IMG/VR virus record: IMGVR_UViG_3300031746_000008
Coordinates: 1 to 64,000 of that record
Strand: one strand, 5' to 3'
Source of the DNA: a virus
Lineage: Duplodnaviria > Caudoviricetes
DNA: 64,000 nt
In this document: piece after piece, positions 48,111 to 58,309 of the stretch
Layout: every line of letters begins with the position of its first letter
Numbering within the stretch: position 1 is the first letter of the stretch
Position numbers and translations under genes: made by a program
The notes under the pieces: model-generated
Told to the model about the DNA's origin: nothing
Databases searched by the model: none
What the model saw: only the letters and a program-made list of their open reading frames with translations

Positions 48111-48416
48111 TTGAAAACAGCAGAAATTCATTTATTATATTTTAAACAGGGCGATGACTTACAAGCGTGTCTAGAGGGGGCGGATTATAATATTGTTCAA
48201 GGACTAGAAAATCATTCAGAAATGCTCAAATACTGTGGTCGTCATTTAGATAAAATTAGAAATCTTATTAAAAATAAATATTTTAAAGAAATTAAAAATA
48301 TAAAAATAGATGCAGATTGTCATTTCATATCCATCGAAGGTCCAGACGATTTTATTGATGAATTAGTTGAAAAAGAACTCGCGGAAATTCACGAATACGA
48401 AGAAAGTATTGATTAG
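48111..48416 (+). CDS. Hypothetical protein
   Basis: CAGGAG RBS; coupled to nrdJ. Confidence 0.6.
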   Translation: MKTAEIHLLYFKQGDDLQACLEGADYNIVQGLENHSEMLKYCGRHLDKIRNLIKNKYFKEIKNIKIDADCHFISIEGPDDFIDELVEKELAEIHEYEESID

Positions 48417-51400
48417 TGGAAAATACTCTCCCAATTTACGAACCTTCAGGATTCGCTCTTCAGATATTTAAAGATCGTTATGCGATAAGTCAAGACGAGG
48501 GATTCCAGGAAGCGTGTCGTCGTGTAGCTAACTTTATGGCAAGTGCAGAAGATGGAGAAAAAATAAAAGAATTTGAAAAAAAATTCTATGAAATATTGAG
48601 TCAGAATAGATTAGTTCCTGGCGGAAGAATATTCCGTGGGGCAGGACGAAAAAAATCTGCTATGCTTAATTGTTTCGTAGTAAAATGTGGTGACAGTAGA
48701 GAAGAATGGGCACAATTACTATATGATATAACAGTAATTACAAGTCTTGGTGGTGGCGTTGGATGCAATTTTAGCTCAGTAAGACCAAGAGGAACACCAA
48801 TAAAAGGCAGTGGTGGAACCGCTACTGGGGCTGTAAGTTTGATGAAAATGGTAGATGGTATATGTAATGAATTAAGAGAAGGCGGCGGGAGAAGATGTCT
48901 CCCAAAGGGATCGCTAATACATACTTATAACGGACTAATCAAAATTGAAAATATTAAAATTGGAGATATTGTACAAACGGGATTAAACAAATACGATAAA
49001 GTTATTGCATCTGAACGCACCGGAAATCAAGAAATAGTTTTAATTGATACACAAATGGGTATATTTAAATCTTCTTTAAATCATAGATGGGCTACTCTAA
49101 AAAATTTAACTGGTAAAGTAGAATGGAAGCTTGCCAAAGATTTAATTTATGGGGACAGAATTTTATTTATTCCAGAAGAAATACAAGGGCATAAAACAAA
49201 ATTGCCCGAATATAATTATATTAAACCAAAAATGTCCACAACATGCAAGGATATTACAATACCGACCCTGGATACAGAAATTGCATGGCTTTTTGGATAT
49301 TTGCATGGGAATGGATGTGTAGAAATCTTAAACGAAGGAAACAAGGGCACTGTTTCATTTTCTTGTCCATATGATATTCCTGAAATACACAATAGAATTG
49401 TTAAAAATATAAAAAGATTCGGAGATAATTTACATATAAATGATTACTTTCAAACGAAAGAAAAATGTAGTAAGCCTCGTGTTTGTTCAAAACAACTTGC
49501 AGAATACTTATCTCAATTTAAATTACCCCACCAAACAATGAACGTGCCTGATTTTATTTTACAAGGATTGCCAGAAATTAGAAAGGCATACTTGGCGGGG
49601 TTATTAGATGCAGATGGATATCTTGGAAAAACAAAAAAGAAAACTTTGCCCAAAATAGCATCATCCGTCTATCCAGATTTTTTAAGACAAATAAGAGCCG
49701 TTCTTTCTTCTCTTGGTATAGTCTCTAAAACTAGACTTGATAGGGAAGCCACAGGAGAATGGAAAGACATGTATTCTGTTGCAGCATTTTCTTATTTTGG
49801 AATAGAAAAAATTAAAAATGATATATCTCCATATTCTTTAAAATATGCCAGAGATGGCATCCAAGAAAGAAAAAAGGAACAATTTTCATTAACAGTACCA
49901 AGAAAAATGTTACGAGAATATAATAACAGAGGGAATTTTAGTCCTGCGTATTGGACAGATCTTAAGAATTCGGAAAAAGCAAAAATGGAGTGTAGTTGGA
50001 AAAAATTTATTTTGACAGAAGGAGACAGAGATTTTCTTCCTATTAAAGTTTTAAGCATAACAAGACAAAATGAAAAAGAAGAAACATATGATATCCAGAT
50101 TGAACATGATGCGAAATTTATATCCGAGGGATTATTGGTACATAATTCCGCGCTAATGTTTTGTTTAAGATACGATCATGGAGATATTGAAGAATTTTTA
50201 CGTGTCAAATTAGACGAGAAGGAATTAAATAATGCTAATATTAGCGTATTAATAGACGATAAATTTTTAGACTTAGTAGAAAAAGATAAAGATATAATAT
50301 TGGAATGGGCAGGAAAAGAAATAAAAACTGTTAAAGCAAAATGGTTATATGACAAGATAATAGAAAATTCTTTGTCGTGCGGGGATCCTGGAATTTTATC
50401 TATAGGTAATGCAGATAAATATAACAATATATGGTGGGTTGCTCCTATGTCATCCACTAACCCTTGTGGTGAACAATGGTTGCCGGTATATGATGCATGT
50501 ACACTGGGATCAATAAATTTATCTGTCCATGTAACAAGTAACGATGAAATAAATTGGGACTTATTAGATGATACAATTCGTATGGGAGTAAGATTTCTAG
50601 ATAATGTTTTAGACAAAAATGAATATCCCCTCGAAATAATTAAAAAAACATGTCAAAATCACAGAAGAATTGGGCTTGGAATTTTAGGCTTACATGATAT
50701 GTTCCTTAAAATGGGAATAAAATATAGTTCAGAAGAGGCATTGAAAATAACAGATAAAATTATGCTCTTTATAAAAAAGAAAGCTTATGAAGCAAGTGTT
50801 TTTTTGGGGGTGGAAAAGGGATCATTCCCCCTTCTTGATAGGAAAAAATTCTTAGAAAGTGGATTTTGTAAAGAATGTTTGACTATATCTACAAGAAAAA
50901 AAATATTATCTTATGGGATTAGAAATTGCGCGATATTATCTATACAACCAACTGGGACAACAAGTATAGTGGCTGGTTGTAGTTCTGGTATAGAGCCTTT
51001 ATTCTCTCCGGTTTATCGCAGGAATTTTAATAAACATAAAGATATTCATTCAAAACTTACAAATAAATCAACAGAAATTGTTATTCATCCACTATTAAAA
51101 GAATTTATAGAAAAGGGAAAAGATTATTCTCATTTTGAGGGTGCTCACGAAATATCCCCAGAGCAACACTGTAAAATACAATCAATATGCCAGAAACATA
51201 TAGACGGAGCCATCTCGAAAACTATAAATTTGCCCAAAGATACAACAAAAAATCAATTATCAAATTTAATTAAAAAGTATATGTATGATCTCAAAGGAAT
51301 AAGTATTTTCCGAGATGGAAGCAAGGGCGAAAGTCCACTAATGCCTCTTCCAACAAAAGAAGCAGAAAAATATTTAAAAGAAATCACAACAAAGGTAGAA

Positions 51401-51445
51401 TCTACTGACAATAGTTGTCTTAATGGGAAATGCTCATTAGAATAA
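48416..51445 (+). CDS. nrdJ: Ribonucleotide reductase, probably class II (B12-dependent), with intein
   Basis: PGGRI, NCFV, GGGVG, GGRR|SA, TNPCGEQ, CTLGS, RRIGLG, PTGT, SSGIEP, C-terminal CLNGKC; no small subunit in the window. Confidence 0.9.
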   Translation: MENTLPIYEPSGFALQIFKDRYAISQDEGFQEACRRVANFMASAEDGEKIKEFEKKFYEILSQNRLVPGGRIFRGAGRKKSAMLNCFVVKCGDSREEWAQLLYDITVITSLGGGVGCNFSSVRPRGTPIKGSGGTATGAVSLMKMVDGICNELREGGGRRCLPKGSLIHTYNGLIKIENIKIGDIVQTGLNKYDKVIASERTGNQEIVLIDTQMGIFKSSLNHRWATLKNLTGKVEWKLAKDLIYGDRILFIPEEIQGHKTKLPEYNYIKPKMSTTCKDITIPTLDTEIAWLFGYLHGNGCVEILNEGNKGTVSFSCPYDIPEIHNRIVKNIKRFGDNLHINDYFQTKEKCSKPRVCSKQLAEYLSQFKLPHQTMNVPDFILQGLPEIRKAYLAGLLDADGYLGKTKKKTLPKIASSVYPDFLRQIRAVLSSLGIVSKTRLDREATGEWKDMYSVAAFSYFGIEKIKNDISPYSLKYARDGIQERKKEQFSLTVPRKMLREYNNRGNFSPAYWTDLKNSEKAKMECSWKKFILTEGDRDFLPIKVLSITRQNEKEETYDIQIEHDAKFISEGLLVHNSALMFCLRYDHGDIEEFLRVKLDEKELNNANISVLIDDKFLDLVEKDKDIILEWAGKEIKTVKAKWLYDKIIENSLSCGDPGILSIGNADKYNNIWWVAPMSSTNPCGEQWLPVYDACTLGSINLSVHVTSNDEINWDLLDDTIRMGVRFLDNVLDKNEYPLEIIKKTCQNHRRIGLGILGLHDMFLKMGIKYSSEEALKITDKIMLFIKKKAYEASVFLGVEKGSFPLLDRKKFLESGFCKECLTISTRKKILSYGIRNCAILSIQPTGTTSIVAGCSSGIEPLFSPVYRRNFNKHKDIHSKLTNKSTEIVIHPLLKEFIEKGKDYSHFEGAHEISPEQHCKIQSICQKHIDGAISKTINLPKDTTKNQLSNLIKKYMYDLKGISIFRDGSKGESPLMPLPTKEAEKYLKEITTKVESTDNSCLNGKCSLE
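48896..50146 (+). mobile_element. Intein with LAGLIDADG endonuclease in RNR (417 aa)
   Basis: CLPKGS start, NH block B, FGYLHGNG and LAGLLDADG motifs, ends LVHN|S. Confidence 0.92.
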
Positions 51446-51449
51446 GGGT

Positions 51450-52637
51450 GTGAATTTAGTGAATGATGAAAGAAAAAATCTCCAAGAAGCTGTAGATTCA
51501 GTAAAGAAATATGGTTCTATTGCGGCAGCGGCAAAAGTTTTGAAAATACCTAGAAAAACTTTGTCAGGAAGATACAACAAGGCACTGGATAAAGGATATG
51601 TTTCTGGAACCCCCATGCTTTCAACAGAACAGGAAATAGGATTAGATTCAAAATTAAAAACGGTGGTTAGAGAAAAAAGAGATCTTCAGAAAAAATACGA
51701 AGAACTTCTAAAACTTTTTGAGTACCAGTCTGGACAAATTAATACAATAGAATTGTTTAGTAAAAATATAGATTTAATTCAACACGAAAAAATTAAAATA
51801 GTTTCTGAAGGAAAGCCCTCCGAATCAACAGCTATTATTTTATGCTCCGATTTACACTATGAAGAAACCGTTGATCCTAGAACGGTAGACGGTTTAAATG
51901 AATATAATATAACAATAGCAAAAGAGAGATTCCATAAAGTGTTTCAGAATGGATTAAAATTAATAGAAATGTGCAGAAGTAAATCAAATATTAAAAAACT
52001 TGTCTTGTGGCTAGGGGGAGACTTGATATCGGGTTATATTCATGAGGAGCTTGTGGAAAACAACGCCATGAGTCCAATAGAGGCAAGTATAGATGTTTAT
52101 AAACTATGTGTTTCAGCAATAGATTTTCTGATAGAAGCCGGAGATTTCAACGAGATAGTAATAGTAACAAGCGTAGGCAACCACTCTCGTACTACAGAAA
52201 AAATTAGAATATCCACCTGCGTGGAAAACAATTACGAATGGCTAATATACAATTTCTTGTCAAGCCACTACGAAAAATCAGATATAATTAAGTTTAAACT
52301 ATCTAGAGGATATTTTAATTATTTAGATATATATGACTATACCGTAAGATTTCATCACGGAAACTTCATAAGATACTCTGGTGGCGTGGGGGGTATTAGT
52401 ATACCCATTAATAAGGCAATAGCCCAATGGAACCAGGGTAAATATGCTGATCTAGATGTCTTTGGGCATTGGCACCAAAGATTGTCAAGCAAGAATTTTA
52501 TAGTAAATGGATCAATAATTGGGTATGGGCCTTATAGTCTTAGTATAAAGGCCGCGTTTGAAAAGCCCCAACAATCATTCTTTTTGGTACATCCGATATG
52601 GGGCAAAACCGTAGAAGCTCCTATTTTTGTGGATTAA
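51450..52637 (+). CDS. HTH + coiled coil + calcineurin-like metallophosphoesterase
   Basis: SIAAAAKVLKIPRKTL HTH; SDLH, GGD, GNH, HHG, GHWH. Confidence 0.85.
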   Translation: MNLVNDERKNLQEAVDSVKKYGSIAAAAKVLKIPRKTLSGRYNKALDKGYVSGTPMLSTEQEIGLDSKLKTVVREKRDLQKKYEELLKLFEYQSGQINTIELFSKNIDLIQHEKIKIVSEGKPSESTAIILCSDLHYEETVDPRTVDGLNEYNITIAKERFHKVFQNGLKLIEMCRSKSNIKKLVLWLGGDLISGYIHEELVENNAMSPIEASIDVYKLCVSAIDFLIEAGDFNEIVIVTSVGNHSRTTEKIRISTCVENNYEWLIYNFLSSHYEKSDIIKFKLSRGYFNYLDIYDYTVRFHHGNFIRYSGGVGGISIPINKAIAQWNQGKYADLDVFGHWHQRLSSKNFIVNGSIIGYGPYSLSIKAAFEKPQQSFFLVHPIWGKTVEAPIFVD

Positions 52638-52641
52638 AATT

Positions 52642-52701
52642 ATGCGCAAACTTATTGATTTAACCGGACAAGTGTTTGGAAAACTAGAAGTTGTAATATG
52701 A
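52642..52701 (+). pseudogene. HNH family A remnant
   Basis: MRKLIDLTGQVFGKLEVVI*. Confidence 0.65.
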
Positions 52702-52784
52702 TGAGATGTACAAAAATATACAACTTCCAATTAAAAATACAAATCCATTGTGGAAATATTTAAATGCATAATAAAGGAAAATAA

Positions 52785-53813
52785 ATGAAAAAGAAAAATT
52801 TAACAAAGAAAACAAAAATAACAAACAAAGATGGAGTAGAAACTATTGCTATTGACACAAAAGAAGAATTAAAGAATGTTGCAAATTCATTACAGCTTGT
52901 AAAACTTAAGTGTGATATTATAACTAATAAATTTCTTTGCCACAAAGAACAAGAAGTAGTAGAAGCAATACTTGAAATGGCAGAAGAATTTAAGAAAGAT
53001 AAGAAAGAAGATATAAAATCCGATAATTCTTTTGAAGCACTTGGCGAACTTGTTGAAGAATATGTTAAAGATAAATTTTTTAGTGCCGAAATTTTAGAGA
53101 GTATAGTTTTCATTTTTCAAACATGTTCTGCCATTGCTATTGCCGATTCGTTTAATAATGATGCCCTTAAACAAGTATATGACGATGATCAAAATTTTAC
53201 AATTGCTCTTGGAATTACTGTTCTTGCAGAAGGTATCTATAGTGGAGCAAAAAGAATATTAACAGGAGACGACGAAGAAGAGGAACCAGAAGAAGATTTA
53301 ACAGGCCAAAAATTTGGTAATTTGACAGTTCTTCGAAAAGCAACTGAAGAAGAGGTTGCCGAGGCAGAAGCGAATGGGGCTTTGGATGAATGTTGTTGTG
53401 AAAACGAAGAAAATGATTCAGAAATAGAAGAGGAAGAGGAGATAGATGAGTACGATCTTATTCATAACGACAGATATATGGGGAGAAACAGTATAGTCAC
53501 TCGCAGAGCTACAGAAGAAGACGTTAAAAAATTAGGTAAACATGGTGTTAAATTGGGATATCCATTAGAGTGGAGATCAACTATAGAAGAAGATATAGAG
53601 GAAGCTAAAGCAAATGGAACTTTTGAAAAAAGAATGATTAAAACTTATAAGGCTTACGAAGACACGCTCGGAAGATATGAAGATCCAGACCACGCCGAAT
53701 ACAAAGACTATGGAGGGAAAGGGGTCGGGTTAGCCACCGACTGCGACTGGAAAGAGCCAAAGGGTAAAGGTTTTGAAAATTTTCTAAAACACAATGGACT
53801 AGAACCAGAATAA
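52785..53813 (+). CDS. Acidic protein containing degenerate HNH family A segments
   Basis: EDLTGQKFGNLTVLR and YKDYGGKGV...KGFENFLK embedded in E/D-rich sequence. Confidence 0.7.
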   Translation: MKKKNLTKKTKITNKDGVETIAIDTKEELKNVANSLQLVKLKCDIITNKFLCHKEQEVVEAILEMAEEFKKDKKEDIKSDNSFEALGELVEEYVKDKFFSAEILESIVFIFQTCSAIAIADSFNNDALKQVYDDDQNFTIALGITVLAEGIYSGAKRILTGDDEEEEPEEDLTGQKFGNLTVLRKATEEEVAEAEANGALDECCCENEENDSEIEEEEEIDEYDLIHNDRYMGRNSIVTRRATEEDVKKLGKHGVKLGYPLEWRSTIEEDIEEAKANGTFEKRMIKTYKAYEDTLGRYEDPDHAEYKDYGGKGVGLATDCDWKEPKGKGFENFLKHNGLEPE

Positions 53814-53814
53814 A

Positions 53815-54540
53815 ATGTTTGACATAATTTCTTATTGCTCAGCAAGTTATTTTTCAAAACTAGAAAAAACACTTAAAAATTGGAACGACCAATCTTCCGT
53901 AGAAAATATTTTTATCTACACAAACGAAATAGATCAATCTGATCTTAACAAGTATAAAAATTTAAATAGAGTAAAATTTATTGAAATATTTGATGATGAT
54001 TCGACATGTTTTGGTATAAATTGCGCAAGAAAGGCTGAATCATTAAAATATTTTATTAATAATAATAAATTTGAAAATATTCTTCTTTTAGATATTGATT
54101 GCTTAATTGTGAAGGATCTTAATAATTTATTCAAAGAAAATGCAAATATTTTTGTTACAATTTATCCGGAAGTCAAGGAAAAATATAGAACAAATAATAT
54201 AAGCGCAGGGTTCGTAGCACTTAAAAATTGTGATCAAATAAAAGATTTTATAAACCAGTGGGTAGAAAGACAAAAAAGTTTACATAGCGCTCCGTCGAGA
54301 GACCAGAGAGCACTTTCGGAATTGATTACAGATTTATACAAAAATAAAAACGATATCTATAAAATCAAACTTTTAAACGGAAATGTGTTCAACTCACATC
54401 CATGTTCTGGTAGCAAAGGATATATAGAGGAGTGGTTACATAGAATTAGAATCAACAAGCCATATATTTTACACTTTGCTTCGGGTTCAATAGATTCACA
54501 AGATATAATAGATAAAGCAATAATAGCAGGTGGAGAATAA
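53815..54540 (+). CDS. Putative glycosyltransferase (GT-A fold)
   Basis: LLLDIDC DxD motif, ISAGF, DQ-x-AL, ILHF. Confidence 0.75.
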   Translation: MFDIISYCSASYFSKLEKTLKNWNDQSSVENIFIYTNEIDQSDLNKYKNLNRVKFIEIFDDDSTCFGINCARKAESLKYFINNNKFENILLLDIDCLIVKDLNNLFKENANIFVTIYPEVKEKYRTNNISAGFVALKNCDQIKDFINQWVERQKSLHSAPSRDQRALSELITDLYKNKNDIYKIKLLNGNVFNSHPCSGSKGYIEEWLHRIRINKPYILHFASGSIDSQDIIDKAIIAGGE

Positions 54541-54931
54541 AATGAACAATAATTCAATAGAATTTATGATAATAAAAGATAATAAACATTTTAATAAAAT
54601 GGGTGTCATAGGTTCAAGAACTTTTAGTAATTATAAATATATGAAAGAGATTCTTGATAGTTTTCCTTTTTCTAAAATTGTAAGTGGAGGCGCGAAAGGC
54701 GCAGATAGTCTCGCAAGAAGATACGCAGAAGAAAAAAATATTCCTATAACAGAAATTTTACCAGATTGGAATCAATATGGAAAAAGCGCCGGGTTCAAAA
54801 GAAATAAATCAATAATAGATCAATCAGACGCCATCATAGCTTTTTGGGACGGTAATTCCAAAGGAACGGCGCATAGTGTTCGTCTTGCTAAAGAAGTCGG
54901 GAAAAACGTTTACGTATTTTGGAAGGAGTAA
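54530..54931 (+). CDS. SLOG-superfamily protein (DUF2493/YspA-like)
   Basis: IGSR, VSGGAKGAD, AG.KRN, AFWDG.SKGT. Confidence 0.85.
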   Translation: MENKMNNNSIEFMIIKDNKHFNKMGVIGSRTFSNYKYMKEILDSFPFSKIVSGGAKGADSLARRYAEEKNIPITEILPDWNQYGKSAGFKRNKSIIDQSDAIIAFWDGNSKGTAHSVRLAKEVGKNVYVFWKE

Positions 54932-54932
54932 A

Positions 54933-55106
54933 ATGAAAAAAATTATATGCGCATCAATTTTATTTTGGTTAATTATACTTGGATTAATAATTTTTGGAAC
55001 TGGTTGCGACATAGATTTTGTGACAGATACAGTATATGTTCCATCTCCAATATATTATATCGAAGAACCATGTTGTAATGATTATATTGAGATTTGGACC
55101 TATTAA
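54933..55106 (+). CDS. Small putative lipoprotein
   Basis: AAGGAG RBS; MKK-hydrophobic-GTG-C. Confidence 0.5.
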   Translation: MKKIICASILFWLIILGLIIFGTGCDIDFVTDTVYVPSPIYYIEEPCCNDYIEIWTY

Positions 55107-56029
55107 TGGCCGATATTAAATTACAATTTGCTTGGTCCGAAAGTCGCGTAAAACTTCTTAGAGAATGCGCTTATAAATATTTTCTTAATTATTACGAAAG
55201 TTGGGAAGGTTGGCACAAAAACGCTCCACAAAGAAAACAACAGGCATATTTATTAAAGCAATTAACGAACAAACACATGTGGCCCGGAAGTATTGTGCAT
55301 GAAGTAATAGAACACGTAATCAAAACTTACAAGTTAACTGGAAATTGGTTATCTTTGCAAGATGCAAAAAATCTAGGATTAAATAAATTACGATCTGGGT
55401 GGGTTTCTTCTACGAAAAAAGAATGGAAAAATAATCCAAAATCAACAAATTTGTTTGAACATTATTATAAAGATGGGTTGTCAAAAGAAGAAACAGATAA
55501 GTGTAAAAAAATAGTTTTAGATTCTATTCGTGGTTTTTATATATCTAAAATGGCTGAAATTATACAAACTCTTAAAAAAGAGGATTGGATCGCTTTAGAA
55601 GATTTTCAAAAATTTGAAATGGACGACAAAAGCGAGGTTTCAGTAAAAATAGACTGTGGTTTTAAATATCAAGAAAAAGTTTATTTAATTGACTGGAAAA
55701 CCGGCAAGGTAAACGATAATGTTATAGATCAACTCATAACGTATAGTATGTATGCCCTTAAAAAAGGATTCGCCAAAAAATTATCAGATATAGTTATAGT
55801 GCCGGTTTATCTTATGCACATGGCAGAAGTCGGGGAATTAGAATTAACTATAAACAAACAACAACTTCTTGGTCACGCATCAGTAATTAAAAATGAATCA
55901 GTAATATTAAATCAAGCCCATAACAATAGGGACAATGAAAAATATTTTGAAATGACAGAAAATACCAAGAAGTGTGTTTATTGTAACTTCAAAGAAATTT
56001 GTCCAAACGGAAAGCAATATGGTCATTAA
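55106..56029 (+). CDS. PD-(D/E)XK (RecB/AddB-like) exonuclease
   Basis: WS.S....C, G..VH, E..., KID, IDWKTG, QL..Y, C..C..K..C. Confidence 0.85.
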   Translation: MADIKLQFAWSESRVKLLRECAYKYFLNYYESWEGWHKNAPQRKQQAYLLKQLTNKHMWPGSIVHEVIEHVIKTYKLTGNWLSLQDAKNLGLNKLRSGWVSSTKKEWKNNPKSTNLFEHYYKDGLSKEETDKCKKIVLDSIRGFYISKMAEIIQTLKKEDWIALEDFQKFEMDDKSEVSVKIDCGFKYQEKVYLIDWKTGKVNDNVIDQLITYSMYALKKGFAKKLSDIVIVPVYLMHMAEVGELELTINKQQLLGHASVIKNESVILNQAHNNRDNEKYFEMTENTKKCVYCNFKEICPNGKQYGH

Positions 56030-56717
56030 AGGTTGTATATCTGGAATCTACAAAATAATGTGTTTACCAACGGGAAAAATCTACGTAGGAAGTTCTGTAA
56101 ACATAAATAATAGATGGGGCGAACATAGGCACCGATTAAGAAAAAATATACATAGTAATACTTATTTACAAAACGCCTGGAATAAATATAGAGAGCAAAA
56201 TTTTAAATTTGAAATAATCGAAATAATAAAACCCGATTTATTAACAGAAAATGAATTAAAATGGTTTAAGAAAACTAATTGTTGTAATCCCGAATATGGT
56301 TTTAATATTGGTAAAAATCCAGATAGAACTATGTTAGGAAGATTGCATAGTAAGGAATCTAGATTAAAAATGAGTAATGCCCACAAGGGAAAAATTTTTA
56401 CAGACGAACATAGAAAAAATATATCGAAGATTCGTTTTGGTAAAAAACACTCAGAAGAAACAAAACAAAAAATAGGTATAGCACACAAAGGTAAAATAGT
56501 CTCTATAAAAACAATAGAAAATATGAAAAGGGCAAAGAAAGGGCTATATAAAGGATCAAAAAATCCTAATTCCAAATTAAACGACAATAAGATAATACAA
56601 ATTAGAAAATTGCATTCGGAAGGAAAATCGAACATAGAAATTGCAAAAATCTTTAATATTTCACGGTCTAGTATTTCCCTTATAATTAATAATAAAATCT
56701 GGAAACATATAAAATGA
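56019..56717 (+). CDS. GIY-YIG endonuclease with NUMOD3 repeats and HTH
   Basis: SGIYKI..IYVGSS; HSKESRLKMS and HSEETKQKIG repeats. Confidence 0.9.
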   Translation: MVIKGCISGIYKIMCLPTGKIYVGSSVNINNRWGEHRHRLRKNIHSNTYLQNAWNKYREQNFKFEIIEIIKPDLLTENELKWFKKTNCCNPEYGFNIGKNPDRTMLGRLHSKESRLKMSNAHKGKIFTDEHRKNISKIRFGKKHSEETKQKIGIAHKGKIVSIKTIENMKRAKKGLYKGSKNPNSKLNDNKIIQIRKLHSEGKSNIEIAKIFNISRSSISLIINNKIWKHIK

Positions 56718-56760
56718 ACGTAATTCTTTTAAAAAATGTGTCCTGGGGCAAATAGATAAT

Positions 56761-56940
56761 ATGTTATGGCGCATAGTTTTGCCTTATGCAGTATTTGGTG
56801 TAATAGTTAAAAACGATATTGTAGTAGATTCTGCCCCAATTGGTAAATGGATGATTGGAAAAACTTTAAACTTTATTCAACTGTGGGTAGCAAATAAAAA
56901 TGGAACCATACTATATACAAAAAAGAAAGATACACTATGA
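56761..56940 (+). CDS. Small hypothetical protein (not in the ORF track)
   Basis: 59-aa ORF MLWRIVLPYAVFG..SAPIGKWMIGK, coupled (ATGA) to rnhA. Confidence 0.5.
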   Translation: MLWRIVLPYAVFGVIVKNDIVVDSAPIGKWMIGKTLNFIQLWVANKNGTILYTKKKDTL

Positions 56941-57359
56941 AAGAAGTTATACTTCGCACGGATGGCGGAATTCGTGAATTTAAAATGGCTTGTGCTTGGA
57001 TTGCATTCAATCCAGAAGATGTTAAGGAAATTGTTTTTCAAGGTTCTAAAAAATGTGGAAAAAAAGGCACAAGTAATATAGCCGAGTACCGGGGGTTGAT
57101 CGCCGGTTTGACACATGCTCTTAAAGAAAAAATTGAAATAATTCATATAATAGTTGATAGTCAATTGATTGTAAAACAGATTACAAAGGCAGCAAAAACA
57201 AATAACGAAGAATTGATTAAGCATAGGGATAAAGTTTTAGAATTATTAGAGCAATTTAAAGAATTCTCAATAAAATGGGAATCTAGAGAAAACAATAAGT
57301 TAGCTGATGAGTTAGTGAATAAAATCTTTGGTGGTAAGAAAAAAAATGTTAAGAAATAA
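56937..57359 (+). CDS. rnhA: Ribonuclease HI
   Basis: TDGG, TSNIAEY.GL, DSQLI, REN.N..AD.L. Confidence 0.9.
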   Translation: MKEVILRTDGGIREFKMACAWIAFNPEDVKEIVFQGSKKCGKKGTSNIAEYRGLIAGLTHALKEKIEIIHIIVDSQLIVKQITKAAKTNNEELIKHRDKVLELLEQFKEFSIKWESRENNKLADELVNKIFGGKKKNVKK

Positions 57360-57900
57360 ACTTATGGTTGGCACCGGAATCCTGACATTGGCCCTAATGG
57401 GCTTAGTAATCTATATCCTACTCTTTCTCACAACATCGTGTGTCTCGCCAGGGGCCGCTAAACTGGAAGCTAGGGTTGGTGTCGTTGAAGACAATTTTAA
57501 TCAACTTGAGTCTGTTGTTGATAATAATATTGAAGAAGTCGGCACGCTGAAAAACCAATTAGTAGAAGTAAGTAATACTGTAAATAATTCAGGAGTAATT
57601 AAATATTCTGGTGCAGGATACGTTGTTCTTGGCACTTCTTTAATGGCTATTATTTTTCTTTTGGCCATCGGTATATTTCTCAAATATTATCTTAAAGCTA
57701 AGAATAGTACGAATATGTTAAATTTAGTAACCAAGGCGGTTAAAAATGTTGACCCAGAAACCCAAAGAAGAGTTAAGGGTGCTATTGAATCTCAAACATC
57801 TAATGGCGGACCTTTGACGGAGAAGCATAAAAATCTTTTGGCAAAATTCACTAAAGCCAACGGAACTTTCGTCGAAAAAGTAATTAAATCCATAGTATAA
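57346..57900 (+). CDS. Membrane/lipoprotein with coiled coil and second TM helix
   Basis: Hydrophobic N-terminus ending TTS-C, heptad region, second TM segment. Confidence 0.55.
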   Translation: MLRNKLMVGTGILTLALMGLVIYILLFLTTSCVSPGAAKLEARVGVVEDNFNQLESVVDNNIEEVGTLKNQLVEVSNTVNNSGVIKYSGAGYVVLGTSLMAIIFLLAIGIFLKYYLKAKNSTNMLNLVTKAVKNVDPETQRRVKGAIESQTSNGGPLTEKHKNLLAKFTKANGTFVEKVIKSIV

Positions 57901-58309
57901 TACGTTATGATGCCAGACCCTAAGTGTCCGGACTGTAAAGGAACGGGAGAGATCCTTTTGTTTGTTAGAACAGTAAAATGTTTTTGTCTCAACAGAATTA
58001 TTGATGACGACCCACTGGAATTAAAAAAATTGTTTGATGAAAGATTAAAAGAAAATAATGATATTAACTGGCCAATAATTTAAAGGATTTTAAAATGGGG
58101 AAAGGTTCTCTTAGGCGAAAATGTCAAGTATCAAAAGAAATAGAAGATGCTAATTGGGAATCTGTGTTCGGTAAGAAGAAGTTGAATGTGATGTCTGAAG
58201 AAGAGCGGGATGCGTTGGCCCTGGAGAATGATGACTTCCGAGAATCAGAAGATGATATTGATGGACTTGACGAAATAGACAAAATGATAAAAGAAGGCGA
58301 AAATAATTA

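Noticed and set aside
20523-56029. TnpB proteins as Cas12 and the PD-(D/E)XK nuclease as Cas4 of a CRISPR system
   Set aside because: Both TnpBs lie within IS200/IS605 ends, and there is no array or cas1/cas2
56714-56760. MNVILLKNV resembles the ribosomal protein L9 N-terminus, with a T-TTA-AAA slippery site that would join it to ORF 56761
   Set aside because: Only about nine residues of similarity in very AT-rich DNA; the downstream sequence is not L9-like
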